DNA from: an uncultured Candidatus Rokubacteria bacterium
GTDB taxonomy: Bacteria > Methylomirabilota > Methylomirabilia > Rokubacteriales > CSP1-6
Length of the DNA: 64,000 nt
NCBI GenBank assembly: GCA_963771355.1
Contig: CAVYTA010000006.1
Span: 1,440,001-1,504,000 of the forward strand
Reading direction: 5' to 3'
The notes below the pieces were generated by a model. That model saw only the letters and a list, made by a program, of their open reading frames with translations, did no database searches and was not told where the DNA came from. Positions 10,229 through 18,931 of this stretch are shown one piece after another. The translations under genes were made by a program, and so were the position numbers. Position 1 is the stretch's first letter, and every line of letters begins with the position of its first letter.

Positions 10229-10963
10229 TGTTCCGCGTCGGTCGCATCCCCTATCTCAACTGCGAGCCCTTCTTCACCCATCTCACGGGCTTCCCCACCC
10301 TCGACCTGCCCCCGCGTCAGCTGGGGGAGGCGCTCGCCCGCGGCGAGGCGGACGCGGCGGCCCTGTCCCTGGTCGATTTTCTCCGCCTCGAGCCGTCGCT
10401 GGAGGGGCTGCCCTTCGGCATCGCGACGGACGGACCCGCCCGCAGCGTCATCCTCTTCTCCGACCGCGCTCCCGCCGACCTGGAGGATGCCACCATCTCG
10501 GTCACCGACGAGACGGCGACCTCGGTGGAGATCCTCCGCATCCTGCTGGCGCTGCGGTATCGCGTGACGCCGCGGGCCTGGGTAGGGCCCGCCGGCGCCG
10601 CCGACGCGGTGCTGCTGATCGGGGACGGCGCCATTCGCGCGCTCACCGGCCCCCCGCGCTTCCGGCACGCAGTGGATCTCGGGCGCGAGTGGGTGGAGTG
10701 GACGGGCTTGCCCTGTGTCTTCGCACGCTGGGGGGTGCGGCGCGCCGCGGCGGCGGCGGATCGCCTGGCCTTCGCCCGCGCGCTGGACGCGGCCCTCATC
10801 CGCGGCATGGAGAGCCTCCCGGAGATCGCGGCGCGGCGGCGCGACACGGGCTGGGGACCCGCCGAGATCACGACCTATCTCCGGGGCTTCACGTATCGAC
10901 TGGGACCAAGGGAAGAGCGCGCCATCGCCGAGTTCCAGCGCCTCCGCGGCCAGGTGCTCCTGA
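10228..10963 (+). CDS. mqnA: chorismate dehydratase (futalosine pathway); stop is one base out of frame as sequenced
   Basis: GRIPYLN, SVILFS, TSV, LLIGDGAI, DLGREW...TGLPCVFARW. Confidence 0.88.
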
Positions 10964-10971
10964 GCCGGCCC

Positions 10972-11766
10972 TCAGGTGGGGCGGAGGACGCGCAGCGCCT
11001 CGTCGTGGAGGCGCCCGTTGGTCGCCAGCACGCTGCCGTCGTAGATATTGGGCCGGCCGCTGAGGTCGGTGAGACGGCCGCCCGCCTCCTCGATGAGAAT
11101 CTTCATCGGCGCCACGTCCCAGGGCTTGAGGTCGACCTCCACGTAGATCTCGCCCTTGCCCTCCGCCACCAGGCCGTAGCCGTAGTAGTCGCCGAAGCCG
11201 CGGGTCCGCGCGGTGCCGTCCACGAGCCGGACGAAGCCGGGCCAGTACGGCGTGGGGCGCAGGAGCGACAGGCTCGAGTGGAGCAGGAAGGCCTCGGGCA
11301 GCGTCGCCACGTCGGACACGTGCAGCCGCCGGCCGTTGGCCCAGGCGCCGTCCCCCCGTCGCGCCCAGAAGAGATCGCCCGACACGGGGTTCAGCACTAC
11401 CCCGGCGGTGATCTCCCCCTGCTCTTCGAGCGCGAGCAGCACCGCCCACATCGGAATGTGGCGGACGAAGTTCTTCGTCCCATCGATGGGATCGATGATC
11501 CAGCGGCGGTCGGTGGGACCCTGCTGCCCGAACTCCTCCCCGAGGAAGCCGATCTCGGGGAAGGCGCGGCGGAGGCTGGTGGTGATGGCCGTCTCGGCCT
11601 CCCGGTCCGCCTGGGTCACCGGGGTCTGGTCCGGCTTGATGGTGACTTCGAAGCCGCCGTGGTAGTAGCGCAGCGCGATCTCGCCCGCCTCGCGCGCGGC
11701 GGCGATGGCGGCGGCGACGATGGGATGGACCGCTGGGGGATGAGGGGAAGGGGCGCCTACTCCCAT
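10972..11766 (-). CDS. inositol monophosphatase family / histidinol-phosphatase (HisN-like)
   Basis: PVTQADREAE, GEEFG, WIIDPIDGTKNF and KPWDVA motifs. Confidence 0.88.
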   Translation of the reverse strand: MGVGAPSPHPPAVHPIVAAAIAAAREAGEIALRYYHGGFEVTIKPDQTPVTQADREAETAITTSLRRAFPEIGFLGEEFGQQGPTDRRWIIDPIDGTKNFVRHIPMWAVLLALEEQGEITAGVVLNPVSGDLFWARRGDGAWANGRRLHVSDVATLPEAFLLHSSLSLLRPTPYWPGFVRLVDGTARTRGFGDYYGYGLVAEGKGEIYVEVDLKPWDVAPMKILIEEAGGRLTDLSGRPNIYDGSVLATNGRLHDEALRVLRPT

Positions 11767-12140
11767 TCGCCCCGCTCCTCGAGCACGTCCTTGAAGGTCG
11801 CGAGCGCCTCTACCACCACCGGCATTCCGCCATACGTCACCTGCTGGAACACCACCTCCGCCACCTCCTGCCGGGTGGCGCCCACGTTGAGCGCCGCGTG
11901 GAAGTGGGCGCGCAGCTCGTTCCGGCGGTTCAGCACGGTGAGGGAGGCCACCGCGCAGAGCTCGCGCTGCTTCTGAGAGATGACCTCGCGGCTGTAGAGC
12001 TTGCCGGTGAAGAAGAGCGACAGCTCCCGGGCCAGCTCCTTGTCGAACTTCTTCCAGGTGTCGAACCCCACCCCGCCCTTGACGGTGTGGAAGAGCATCT
12101 GCGCCGTCTTGCGGGTCCGGTCCTTGAGCGCTTCGTCCAT
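11757..12140 (-). CDS. carboxymuconolactone decarboxylase (AhpD-like) family protein
   Basis: SQKQREL...ELRAHFHAALNVGATRQEVAE...YGGMP. Confidence 0.85.
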   Translation of the reverse strand: MDEALKDRTRKTAQMLFHTVKGGVGFDTWKKFDKELARELSLFFTGKLYSREVISQKQRELCAVASLTVLNRRNELRAHFHAALNVGATRQEVAEVVFQQVTYGGMPVVVEALATFKDVLEERGEWE

Positions 12141-12217
12141 GGCGTCTCCTTGTCGCGTTTTTGCTGGACTTCCTCACAACCCCTTTGTCACACTGCCCAC
12201 GCGGAGAAGCGACGCAC

Positions 12218-12805
12218 ATGGCCGAGCCCCACTGCCCACGCTGTCAGAGCGAGGTTATCGAGCGTGCGAGCCGGGCCGGCCTGCTCGAGCGCCTCCTGAG
12301 CGTCGCCTACGTCTATCCCTTCCGCTGCCAGTCCTGCCTGCACCGCTTCCGCACCCTGGCCTGGGGGCAGCGCTACGTGCGCATCCAGCGCGCTCCCCGA
12401 GTCGAGCGGCGGCGGCATCGGCGGGACCCGGTGGACTTCTGGACCACGCTCTGGCTCGAGGCGGGTCAGCAGCCCGGTCGGGCCCGCGATCTCTCCGTCG
12501 CCGGCATGAGCCTCGAGACCGACGCCCCGCTCGAGCCCGGCCAGTATCTCGAGCTGGATCTCCAGTTCGCCCCCGGCGAGCCCCCCATCCGGGTGGAGGT
12601 GGCGGTGGTCCGTTCGGTCCAGTCCGGCCGCGCGGGCCTCCAGTTCGTCCAGATCAAAGACGACGGCGCCGCGCGGCTGCAGAAGTTCTCCCTCGCCGCG
12701 CGCGAGGCCGCCGCCCGCGAGGCCTTCACCCCGCCGCCCCCGCGCCCCGCGCCCCCCTCGGCCCCCTCGCCCGCAACGACGTCATCGCCTGAGGACACTC
12801 CATGA
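12218..12805 (+). CDS. Zn-ribbon + PilZ domain protein
   Basis: CPRC...CQSC, then RRRHRR and DLSVAG c-di-GMP motifs. Confidence 0.82.
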   Translation: MAEPHCPRCQSEVIERASRAGLLERLLSVAYVYPFRCQSCLHRFRTLAWGQRYVRIQRAPRVERRRHRRDPVDFWTTLWLEAGQQPGRARDLSVAGMSLETDAPLEPGQYLELDLQFAPGEPPIRVEVAVVRSVQSGRAGLQFVQIKDDGAARLQKFSLAAREAAAREAFTPPPPRPAPPSAPSPATTSSPEDTP

Positions 12806-13293
12806 AAGCGCTCGCCTGCCCCAAGTGCAAGAGCGAGCTGGTGGGCCGCACCCACCGCAGCGGGATGGTGGAGCACGCGCTCAGCCTGGCCTATATCTAC
12901 CCGTTCAAGTGCCAGATCTGCCAGCGTCGCTTCCGCACGCTCCGATGGGGCGAGCGCTACGTCCGCGTGCCCCTCGACCGGCGCGTGGCCGAGCGGCTGT
13001 CGACGCGCATTCCCGTCACCATCCACTGGAAGGACGGCGGCCAGGGCCAGGGCACCGTGCGCGACCTCTCCGTGACGGGCTGCGGGATCGAGACGGAGGC
13101 CCCGGTGCCGATGGGCGCCCTCGTGCTCCTGCAGCTGGAGCCGGCCGGAGAGCCGCCCATCGACATCGACGTGGGCGAGGTCCGCTCGCGCCAGCCGCGG
13201 CGGATCGGCGTCCGCTTCGTCCGCGTCGCGCCCACCCACACCGAGCGGGTGCGCCAGATCGTCCAGCGGCTCATCGACACCCGGAGCGCCTGA
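12802..13293 (+). CDS. Zn-ribbon + PilZ domain protein (paralogue)
   Basis: CPKC...CQIC, then RRVAER and DLSVTG. Confidence 0.82.
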   Translation: MKALACPKCKSELVGRTHRSGMVEHALSLAYIYPFKCQICQRRFRTLRWGERYVRVPLDRRVAERLSTRIPVTIHWKDGGQGQGTVRDLSVTGCGIETEAPVPMGALVLLQLEPAGEPPIDIDVGEVRSRQPRRIGVRFVRVAPTHTERVRQIVQRLIDTRSA

Positions 13294-13316
13294 GCCGGTC
13301 CCGGTCCGCCGGACGC

Positions 13317-14045
13317 TCACCCCGCCAGCTTCTCGAGCAGCCGCGCGAGGGCGTCGGGGGCCGACACCATCGGGTCGTGCGCGGTTTTCAGATCTACCGG
13401 GCGCACGCCGAGGCGCGCCGCGTAGGCCGCGGCGCTGGCCGGTGGCACCGCCACGTCGGCGAGGCAGCGGACGTAGTCGCGCGGCACCGAGCTCGAATAG
13501 AAGGTCGTGAGCGTCACCGGCTCGAAGAAGGGTCGGACCGGCTGCGGCGTCAGCAGGGCGAGGGCGCGCGCCACCGCGGGATGGCCGCGCGGCAGATCGC
13601 CCAGGTAGCGGGACCACGCCAGCTCGGCGGGGTAGTGATAGGTCCCGTCGCCGCGCGCGGCGGCGAGGCCCCGCACCACCGCGCGGGCGGCGGGCGACAG
13701 ATGCGTCTCCGCCAGGCTGGCGCCGCTCGGAAGCACCACCGCGGCCAGAAAGACCAGGCGTGCCACGCGCGCGGGCGCCAGCTCTACCACCTTGGGGATC
13801 ACGATGCCGCCCATGGAATGCCCCACCACGATCCCGCGGCTCACGCCCTCGCGCGCCATGACGCCCACCACCGCTTCGGCGTAGGCCGTCACGCTGGCCC
13901 GGCGCGACTCGGCCGCGCGGCGGCCGTGGCCGGGCAGGTCGAGCGTGACGACGCGGTGGCCGCGAGCGGCGAGGCGCGCGGCCACTTCGTCCCAGCACCA
14001 GGCGCCGTGGCTGGCGCCGTGGACGAGCACGAATTCTCTGGGCAT
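13317..14045 (-). CDS. alpha/beta hydrolase (esterase)
   Basis: FVLVHGASHGAWCW, GHSMGG nucleophile elbow, C-terminal His. Confidence 0.9.
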   Translation of the reverse strand: MPREFVLVHGASHGAWCWDEVAARLAARGHRVVTLDLPGHGRRAAESRRASVTAYAEAVVGVMAREGVSRGIVVGHSMGGIVIPKVVELAPARVARLVFLAAVVLPSGASLAETHLSPAARAVVRGLAAARGDGTYHYPAELAWSRYLGDLPRGHPAVARALALLTPQPVRPFFEPVTLTTFYSSSVPRDYVRCLADVAVPPASAAAYAARLGVRPVDLKTAHDPMVSAPDALARLLEKLAG

Positions 14046-14142
14046 CACGGCTCCGCACCGGAGGGTTGGGGGTTGACGGACGCGGGCGCGCCCTCTAGCG
14101 TAGGGGCACCATAGCACGACACCTCTCGCCCAGGAGCCCCCG

Positions 14143-14538
14143 ATGCCGACGACGATCGAGCCCTATTGCGCACCGTCCGTCTTCAATCCCCCCACCTACA
14201 CGCAGGCGGTGAAGGTCACCGGAGCCCAGACCATCCTGTTCATCGCCGGCCAGGTGGCGTATGGCCCCGACGGCAAGCCCGCGCATCGCGGCGACTTTCC
14301 CGCCCAGGCGCGCGCGGTGTTCCAGGCGCTCAAGGCGCAGGTGGAGGCCGGCGGGGGCACCCTCGCCAACGTGGTGAAGATCAACACCTACCTCGTGGAC
14401 ATCCGCCATCGCGCCGATCTCGTCCCCATCCGCGAGGAGTTCTTCGGCAAGAAGACGCTGGCCTCCACCCTCGTGGCCGTGGCCGCGCTCGCCCAGCCGG
14501 AGTATCTGATCGAGATCGAGGCGGTGGCCGTGATCTAG
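14143..14538 (+). CDS. RidA/YjgF family protein
   Basis: FIAGQV...NVVKINTYL...IEIEAVA. Confidence 0.9.
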   Translation: MPTTIEPYCAPSVFNPPTYTQAVKVTGAQTILFIAGQVAYGPDGKPAHRGDFPAQARAVFQALKAQVEAGGGTLANVVKINTYLVDIRHRADLVPIREEFFGKKTLASTLVAVAALAQPEYLIEIEAVAVI

Positions 14539-14541
14539 GTC

Positions 14542-15915
14542 GTGATCGCGCTGAACCCGTTCATCTTCCGCGCCTACGACGTGCGGGGCAAGGTCGGCAT
14601 CGACATCACCCCCGAGGTGTTCGAGCCGGTCGGCCGCGCCTTCGGCACCCTCGTGCGGCGGCGCGGCGGACGGGCGGTGGCGCTGGGCAGGGATAACCGC
14701 GTCTCCTCCGGGGCCCTCAAGGAGGCCTTCGCCGCCGGCGTGCTCTCCACCGGGCTCGACGTGGTGGATATCGGGATCAACCACACGCCGCTCCTGTACT
14801 TCGCCACCGCGCACTGGCGTCTGGACGGCGGCGCCACCGTGACGGGCAGCCACAATCCCGTCTCCGACAACGGCGTGAAGATGGTGCACGCGGGGGCGGC
14901 GCCGCTCAGCGAGGAGGAGATCTCGGGTCTCCTCGCCACCATCGAGGCGGGCGACTTCGAGCGGGGCGCGGGCCGGCTCACCACGCGGGACCCGCGCGAG
15001 GACTACTTCAACGCCATCACCGCCCATGTCCGCCTCGGCCGCCGGCTGCGCGTGGTGGTGGACGCGGGCAACGGCGTCGCGGGAGTGTTCGCCCCGGAGC
15101 TGCTGCGCCGGCTCGGCTGCGAGGTCACCGAGCTGTACTGCGAGTCGGACGGCTCCTTCCCCCACCATCTCCCCGACCCCGAGATGGAGGAGAATGTCCG
15201 GGACCTCGTGGCCAAGGTGCGGGAGACGAACGCCGACGTGGGCATCGCCTACGACGGCGACGCCGACCGCGTGGGAGTCATCGACGAGCAAGGCCGCCGC
15301 CACGAAGCGGACCTCATCCTCGCGCTGCTCGCCCGGGATCTCCTCACGCGGCATCCCGGCGCCGCCATCGTGTTCGACGTCAAGTCTTCCCAGGTGCTCA
15401 TCGACGACATCCGCAAGCACGGAGGCCGCCCGGTGATGTGGAAGACCGGCCACTCCCACCTCAAGCGCAAGATGCGCGAGGACGGCATCCTCCTCGGGGG
15501 CGAGGTCTCCGGCCACATGTTCTTCGCCGAGAACTGGTACGGGGTGGACGACGGCATCCTCGCCTCGTGCAAGTTCCTCGAGCTGGTGGCCCGCGAGTCC
15601 AAGCCGGTGTCGGCGCATTTCGACAGCCTGCCCCATCTCTTCGCCACTCCCGAGCTCAAGGCGGCCTGTCCCGACGACAAGAAGTTCGCGGTGGTGGCGG
15701 CGCTCCAGCGGGACTTCACGCAGCGCTACGAGACGGTAGACATCGACGGGGTGCGCGTCATCTTTCCCGACGGCTGGGGGCTCGTGCGCGCGTCCAACAC
15801 CAACCCCTACCTCACCCTGCGCTTCGAGGCCACGAGCCGGCCCGCGCTCGAGGCCATGCAGAAGACGGTGTACGACGCCCTCCGGCGATACCCCGAGGTG
15901 ACGCTGCCCGCCTAG
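14542..15915 (+). CDS. phosphomannomutase/phosphoglucomutase
   Basis: FRAYDVRG, TGSHNP, DGDADR, GEVSGH, RASNT. Confidence 0.95.
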   Translation: MIALNPFIFRAYDVRGKVGIDITPEVFEPVGRAFGTLVRRRGGRAVALGRDNRVSSGALKEAFAAGVLSTGLDVVDIGINHTPLLYFATAHWRLDGGATVTGSHNPVSDNGVKMVHAGAAPLSEEEISGLLATIEAGDFERGAGRLTTRDPREDYFNAITAHVRLGRRLRVVVDAGNGVAGVFAPELLRRLGCEVTELYCESDGSFPHHLPDPEMEENVRDLVAKVRETNADVGIAYDGDADRVGVIDEQGRRHEADLILALLARDLLTRHPGAAIVFDVKSSQVLIDDIRKHGGRPVMWKTGHSHLKRKMREDGILLGGEVSGHMFFAENWYGVDDGILASCKFLELVARESKPVSAHFDSLPHLFATPELKAACPDDKKFAVVAALQRDFTQRYETVDIDGVRVIFPDGWGLVRASNTNPYLTLRFEATSRPALEAMQKTVYDALRRYPEVTLPA

Positions 15916-17087
15916 CGCATGTTGCCGGTATGCCCGAGCGAGTAGCGGCCGGGCTGGGGCCAGACGGTGAGGCCATGCGGCTCCTTGCCGGCCGGGATGC
16001 GCCGCACCTCGCCCGAGGTGGTATCGATCACGTAGACCACGTCGTCGTAGCGGCCGGACAGCCAGAGCTGCTTGCCGTCCGCGCTGACATTGCCCATGTC
16101 CGGGCTGCCCCCGCCGGGGATGACCCAGGTCGCCTCGATCTTCCGGGTGGCAAAGTCGATCACCGCCACGCTGCCCTTGCCCTTCGGCGGCCCGTACACC
16201 CGCGCCGTCCCCCGGTTGATGACGTAGAGCTTCTTCGCGTCCCGGCTGGGATAGAGCCCGTGTGAGCCCACGCCGGTGGCGATGAAGCCCACCTCGGTGA
16301 AGGTCTCCCCGTCCACCAAGAACACGCCACCCGACTGGAGCTCGGCCACGTAGAAGATCTTGCCGTCCGGCGCGGCGCGCACGTCCTGGGGCATGCGCCC
16401 CTTGGAGAGCTTGAGATACCCCAGCACCTTGCGGCCGACGAGGTCGATCTTGACCAGGCTCCCCTGATACTCGCAGGTGAAGATGACGAAGCGGCCGTCG
16501 ATGGAGAAGTCGGCGTGGTTGATGCCGGCGCAGCCCGGAGTGGGCAGGGACCACTGCATCGCCATGGTGTGAGGATCGCGGAAGTCCAGCCGCTTGAGCG
16601 CCTCCGCCACGATCACCGCCGACTTCCCGTCCGGCGTGAAGTACATGTTGTAGGGATCGTCCACCGCGATGGCCTTGCCGGGCTTGCCGGTGGTGGGATC
16701 GATGGGGGTGAGGCTCCCGTCGGTGCGGCCCTCGGCGTTGTTGGTGACCCAGAGAGTCTTGAGGTCCCACGACGGGACGATGTGCTGGGGATTGATCCCG
16801 ACCTTGAAGCGGTCCACGACCTTGAGCGTGGCGGGGTCGATGACGTAGACGTCATTGGACGTCCGGTTCGGGACGTACACCCGCGGCAGCGCCCCCGCCA
16901 CCGCGGGGCTCATGCGGCCGGCCTGGGTCTCGCTGTAGAGATTGGTGGGATCCACCACCGGGGGCATCCCGGGCAGCGGCTCCGCCGCGCGCCCCGCCGC
17001 GGCGACGACAGCCAGGACCGCGCACGCCACGGTGAAGCCGGCCAAGACCCGACGGTGCGACGCGCCCACGCCTCTCGTTCCGGTCAC
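15912..17087 (-). CDS. secreted YncE/YVTN beta-propeller protein
   Basis: Signal peptide and repeated YVxN/V.VID blades. Confidence 0.85.
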   Translation of the reverse strand: MTGTRGVGASHRRVLAGFTVACAVLAVVAAAGRAAEPLPGMPPVVDPTNLYSETQAGRMSPAVAGALPRVYVPNRTSNDVYVIDPATLKVVDRFKVGINPQHIVPSWDLKTLWVTNNAEGRTDGSLTPIDPTTGKPGKAIAVDDPYNMYFTPDGKSAVIVAEALKRLDFRDPHTMAMQWSLPTPGCAGINHADFSIDGRFVIFTCEYQGSLVKIDLVGRKVLGYLKLSKGRMPQDVRAAPDGKIFYVAELQSGGVFLVDGETFTEVGFIATGVGSHGLYPSRDAKKLYVINRGTARVYGPPKGKGSVAVIDFATRKIEATWVIPGGGSPDMGNVSADGKQLWLSGRYDDVVYVIDTTSGEVRRIPAGKEPHGLTVWPQPGRYSLGHTGNMR

Positions 17088-17114
17088 GGGATCTCCTCTG
17101 CGGCCTCGCCGCGT

Positions 17115-17924
17115 CTAGCGGCGGGCGGTGGCCTTCCTGATGGCGTCCACCGTCCGGGTCAGGATGGCGTCCGTGCCCAGCTTCCCCAGCGCGACGGTGG
17201 CCTTGCGGGGGTCGCCGTCCACCCCGTCCGACCGCTCGGACTCACCGCGAGGCTGCAGCCGGTCGGTCCGGACCAGCCGCGGGTCCACCGCGAGCGTCAG
17301 CGACGTGTCGGCCAGGCCCGCGTGCTTCCCCACCTCGTCCTCGCGAAAGCCCCGCTCGCGAAGCAGGCGCGGGAACTCCCCCGCCGCCGCCCGGTAGTAC
17401 TCCTCGCCGGCATGGACACGAACCGCCGAGTCCCTCCACTCGCGGTTGAGCCGGGCCGTCACCGCGCGCTGCCCCGCCTGGGTCGAGCCCGAATCGCCCA
17501 GGAACACGATGTCCCGGAAGCCGTGGAGTCGGAAGCTCCGCGCGGCAGACTCGATCACCTTCTCGAACGCATCCTCCGGTAGCGTGATGGTGCCGGGGAA
17601 GCGCATGTGACCGGTGGGCGGATTCAGCCCGCCCTCCGGCACGTAGGCGAGCACCGGCGCCACCAGAGCGTCGCCGAGCCCGCGCGCGACCTGCTCGGAG
17701 AGTGCCCGCACCCGCGCATTGTGCTTGCCCAGGGCCAGGTGCGGGCCGCTCTGCTCGGTGCCGCCCAGAGGGACCAGGATGGTCGTCTTGCCGACCTTGA
17801 GCAGGTCGCGCACCTCCGTCCACGTGAGCTCCTCCAGGAGCACGGTGTCGGGCGCCTGCGCCCACGCGGGGACGCATCCGACCAGCATCAGGCCCAGGAC
17901 CAGCGGCAGTGCCTTCGCCCGCAT
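17115..17924 (-). CDS. creatininase family protein with signal peptide
   Basis: EELTWTEV, PLGGTEQSGPHLALG, FPGTI, HAGLADTS. Confidence 0.85.
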   Translation of the reverse strand: MRAKALPLVLGLMLVGCVPAWAQAPDTVLLEELTWTEVRDLLKVGKTTILVPLGGTEQSGPHLALGKHNARVRALSEQVARGLGDALVAPVLAYVPEGGLNPPTGHMRFPGTITLPEDAFEKVIESAARSFRLHGFRDIVFLGDSGSTQAGQRAVTARLNREWRDSAVRVHAGEEYYRAAAGEFPRLLRERGFREDEVGKHAGLADTSLTLAVDPRLVRTDRLQPRGESERSDGVDGDPRKATVALGKLGTDAILTRTVDAIRKATARR

Positions 17925-17964
17925 GCGTCCAGCGTACAGGATGCGCCGCGCGGGAGCCAAGCCA

Positions 17965-18690
17965 TCAGATCCGTTCGCCGAGCAGAATCTCGACGGCGTG
18001 ATCCGCGTCGCGCGCGCGGGGGCAGTCGCGGACGCCCCAGTAGCCCCGCGGGTCGATCAGCACCGCCGCGAGCCCCGCCGTCCGCGCGCCCAGCACGTCC
18101 ACCGAGTACAGGTCGCCCACATAGGCTGCCTCCGACGCCTCCACGCCCGCCCGGGCCAGGCCGAGCGCGAAGATGCGCGGGTCGGGCTTCTCGACGCCGA
18201 CCTCGGAGGAGTCGATGACGAAGTCGATGTGCGCGTCGAGGCCGTGAGCCTCGAGGGTGCCCCGCACGGTGCCATTGGAATTGGAGATCACGCCCACCGC
18301 CAGGCCGGCGGCCCGGGCGCGCGCGAGCGCGGCGGCGGCGCGCGGGTCGGCGCGGGTCCAGAGGCCGATCGGCGCGTTGTAGTCGCGGCGCCAGCGCTCC
18401 AGCGCCGCCACCTCCGCCTCCGCGGTCACGCCGAGATGCTCCAGCAGGTAGCGGAGATAACGGCCGTGGGTGTCGCGGCTCTCGGTGGATGCGGCGGGGG
18501 CGAGGTGGGGATCGAGGCGCACGCGCGCCCGGAGCTCGGCGTCCTCGATGGCGGCGGGATCCCGCACGTGGCCCCGCTCGGCCAGCGCGTCCGCGATCGC
18601 GGCGTAGTCGATCCGGATCAGCGTGTTGCCGGCGTCGAAGAGAACGGCGCGCGGGGCCCGTGTCGGCGGTGTCGGTGTCGAAGAACCCAT
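17965..18690 (-). CDS. HAD-IA family hydrolase
   Basis: FDAGNTL, ISNS, KPDPRIF, YVGD...DVLGA. Confidence 0.9.
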   Translation of the reverse strand: MGSSTPTPPTRAPRAVLFDAGNTLIRIDYAAIADALAERGHVRDPAAIEDAELRARVRLDPHLAPAASTESRDTHGRYLRYLLEHLGVTAEAEVAALERWRRDYNAPIGLWTRADPRAAAALARARAAGLAVGVISNSNGTVRGTLEAHGLDAHIDFVIDSSEVGVEKPDPRIFALGLARAGVEASEAAYVGDLYSVDVLGARTAGLAAVLIDPRGYWGVRDCPRARDADHAVEILLGERI

Positions 18691-18706
18691 GACGTGTGAA
18701 CGCCTT

Positions 18707-18716
18707 CATTATAATG
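18707..18716. promoter_or_regulatory. Palindrome CATTATAATG giving a TATAAT -10 on both strands between divergent genes
   Basis: Perfect 10-bp palindrome in an AT-rich patch between the HAD start (18690) and the cop-like operon start (18725). Confidence 0.6.
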
Positions 18717-18724
18717 GCGGAGCG

Positions 18725-18931
18725 ATGCCGTGCCTGCTCCGTGTCATGCCCGCCGCCGTGCTGCTGCCGGCGCTCTCGGCAACCTCCGTCCTGGCCGATC
18801 ACGGCGGTCCGCTGCGCGACGCCCCCATGAGTCCCCTCACGCTCGCCCTCTTGGCGGGCGGCGCGGTGCTCGCCGGCGGCGTTCTCGTGGTGATCATCGT
18901 GCGGGCGTTGACCGCAAAGGGGGAAGAGTGA
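18725..18931 (+). CDS. small membrane protein (signal-like segment, DHGG, C-terminal TM helix)
   Basis: MPCLLRVMPAAVLLPALSATSVLA-DHGG...LALLAGGAVLAGGVLVVIIVR; stop overlaps next GTG. Confidence 0.6.
   Translation: MPCLLRVMPAAVLLPALSATSVLADHGGPLRDAPMSPLTLALLAGGAVLAGGVLVVIIVRALTAKGEE

Noticed and set aside
9097..11976. 959-aa ORF extending MqnA antisense through the IMPase gene
   Set aside because: A TGA sits one base out of frame at 10961, where MqnA should end; the extension is shadow sequence.
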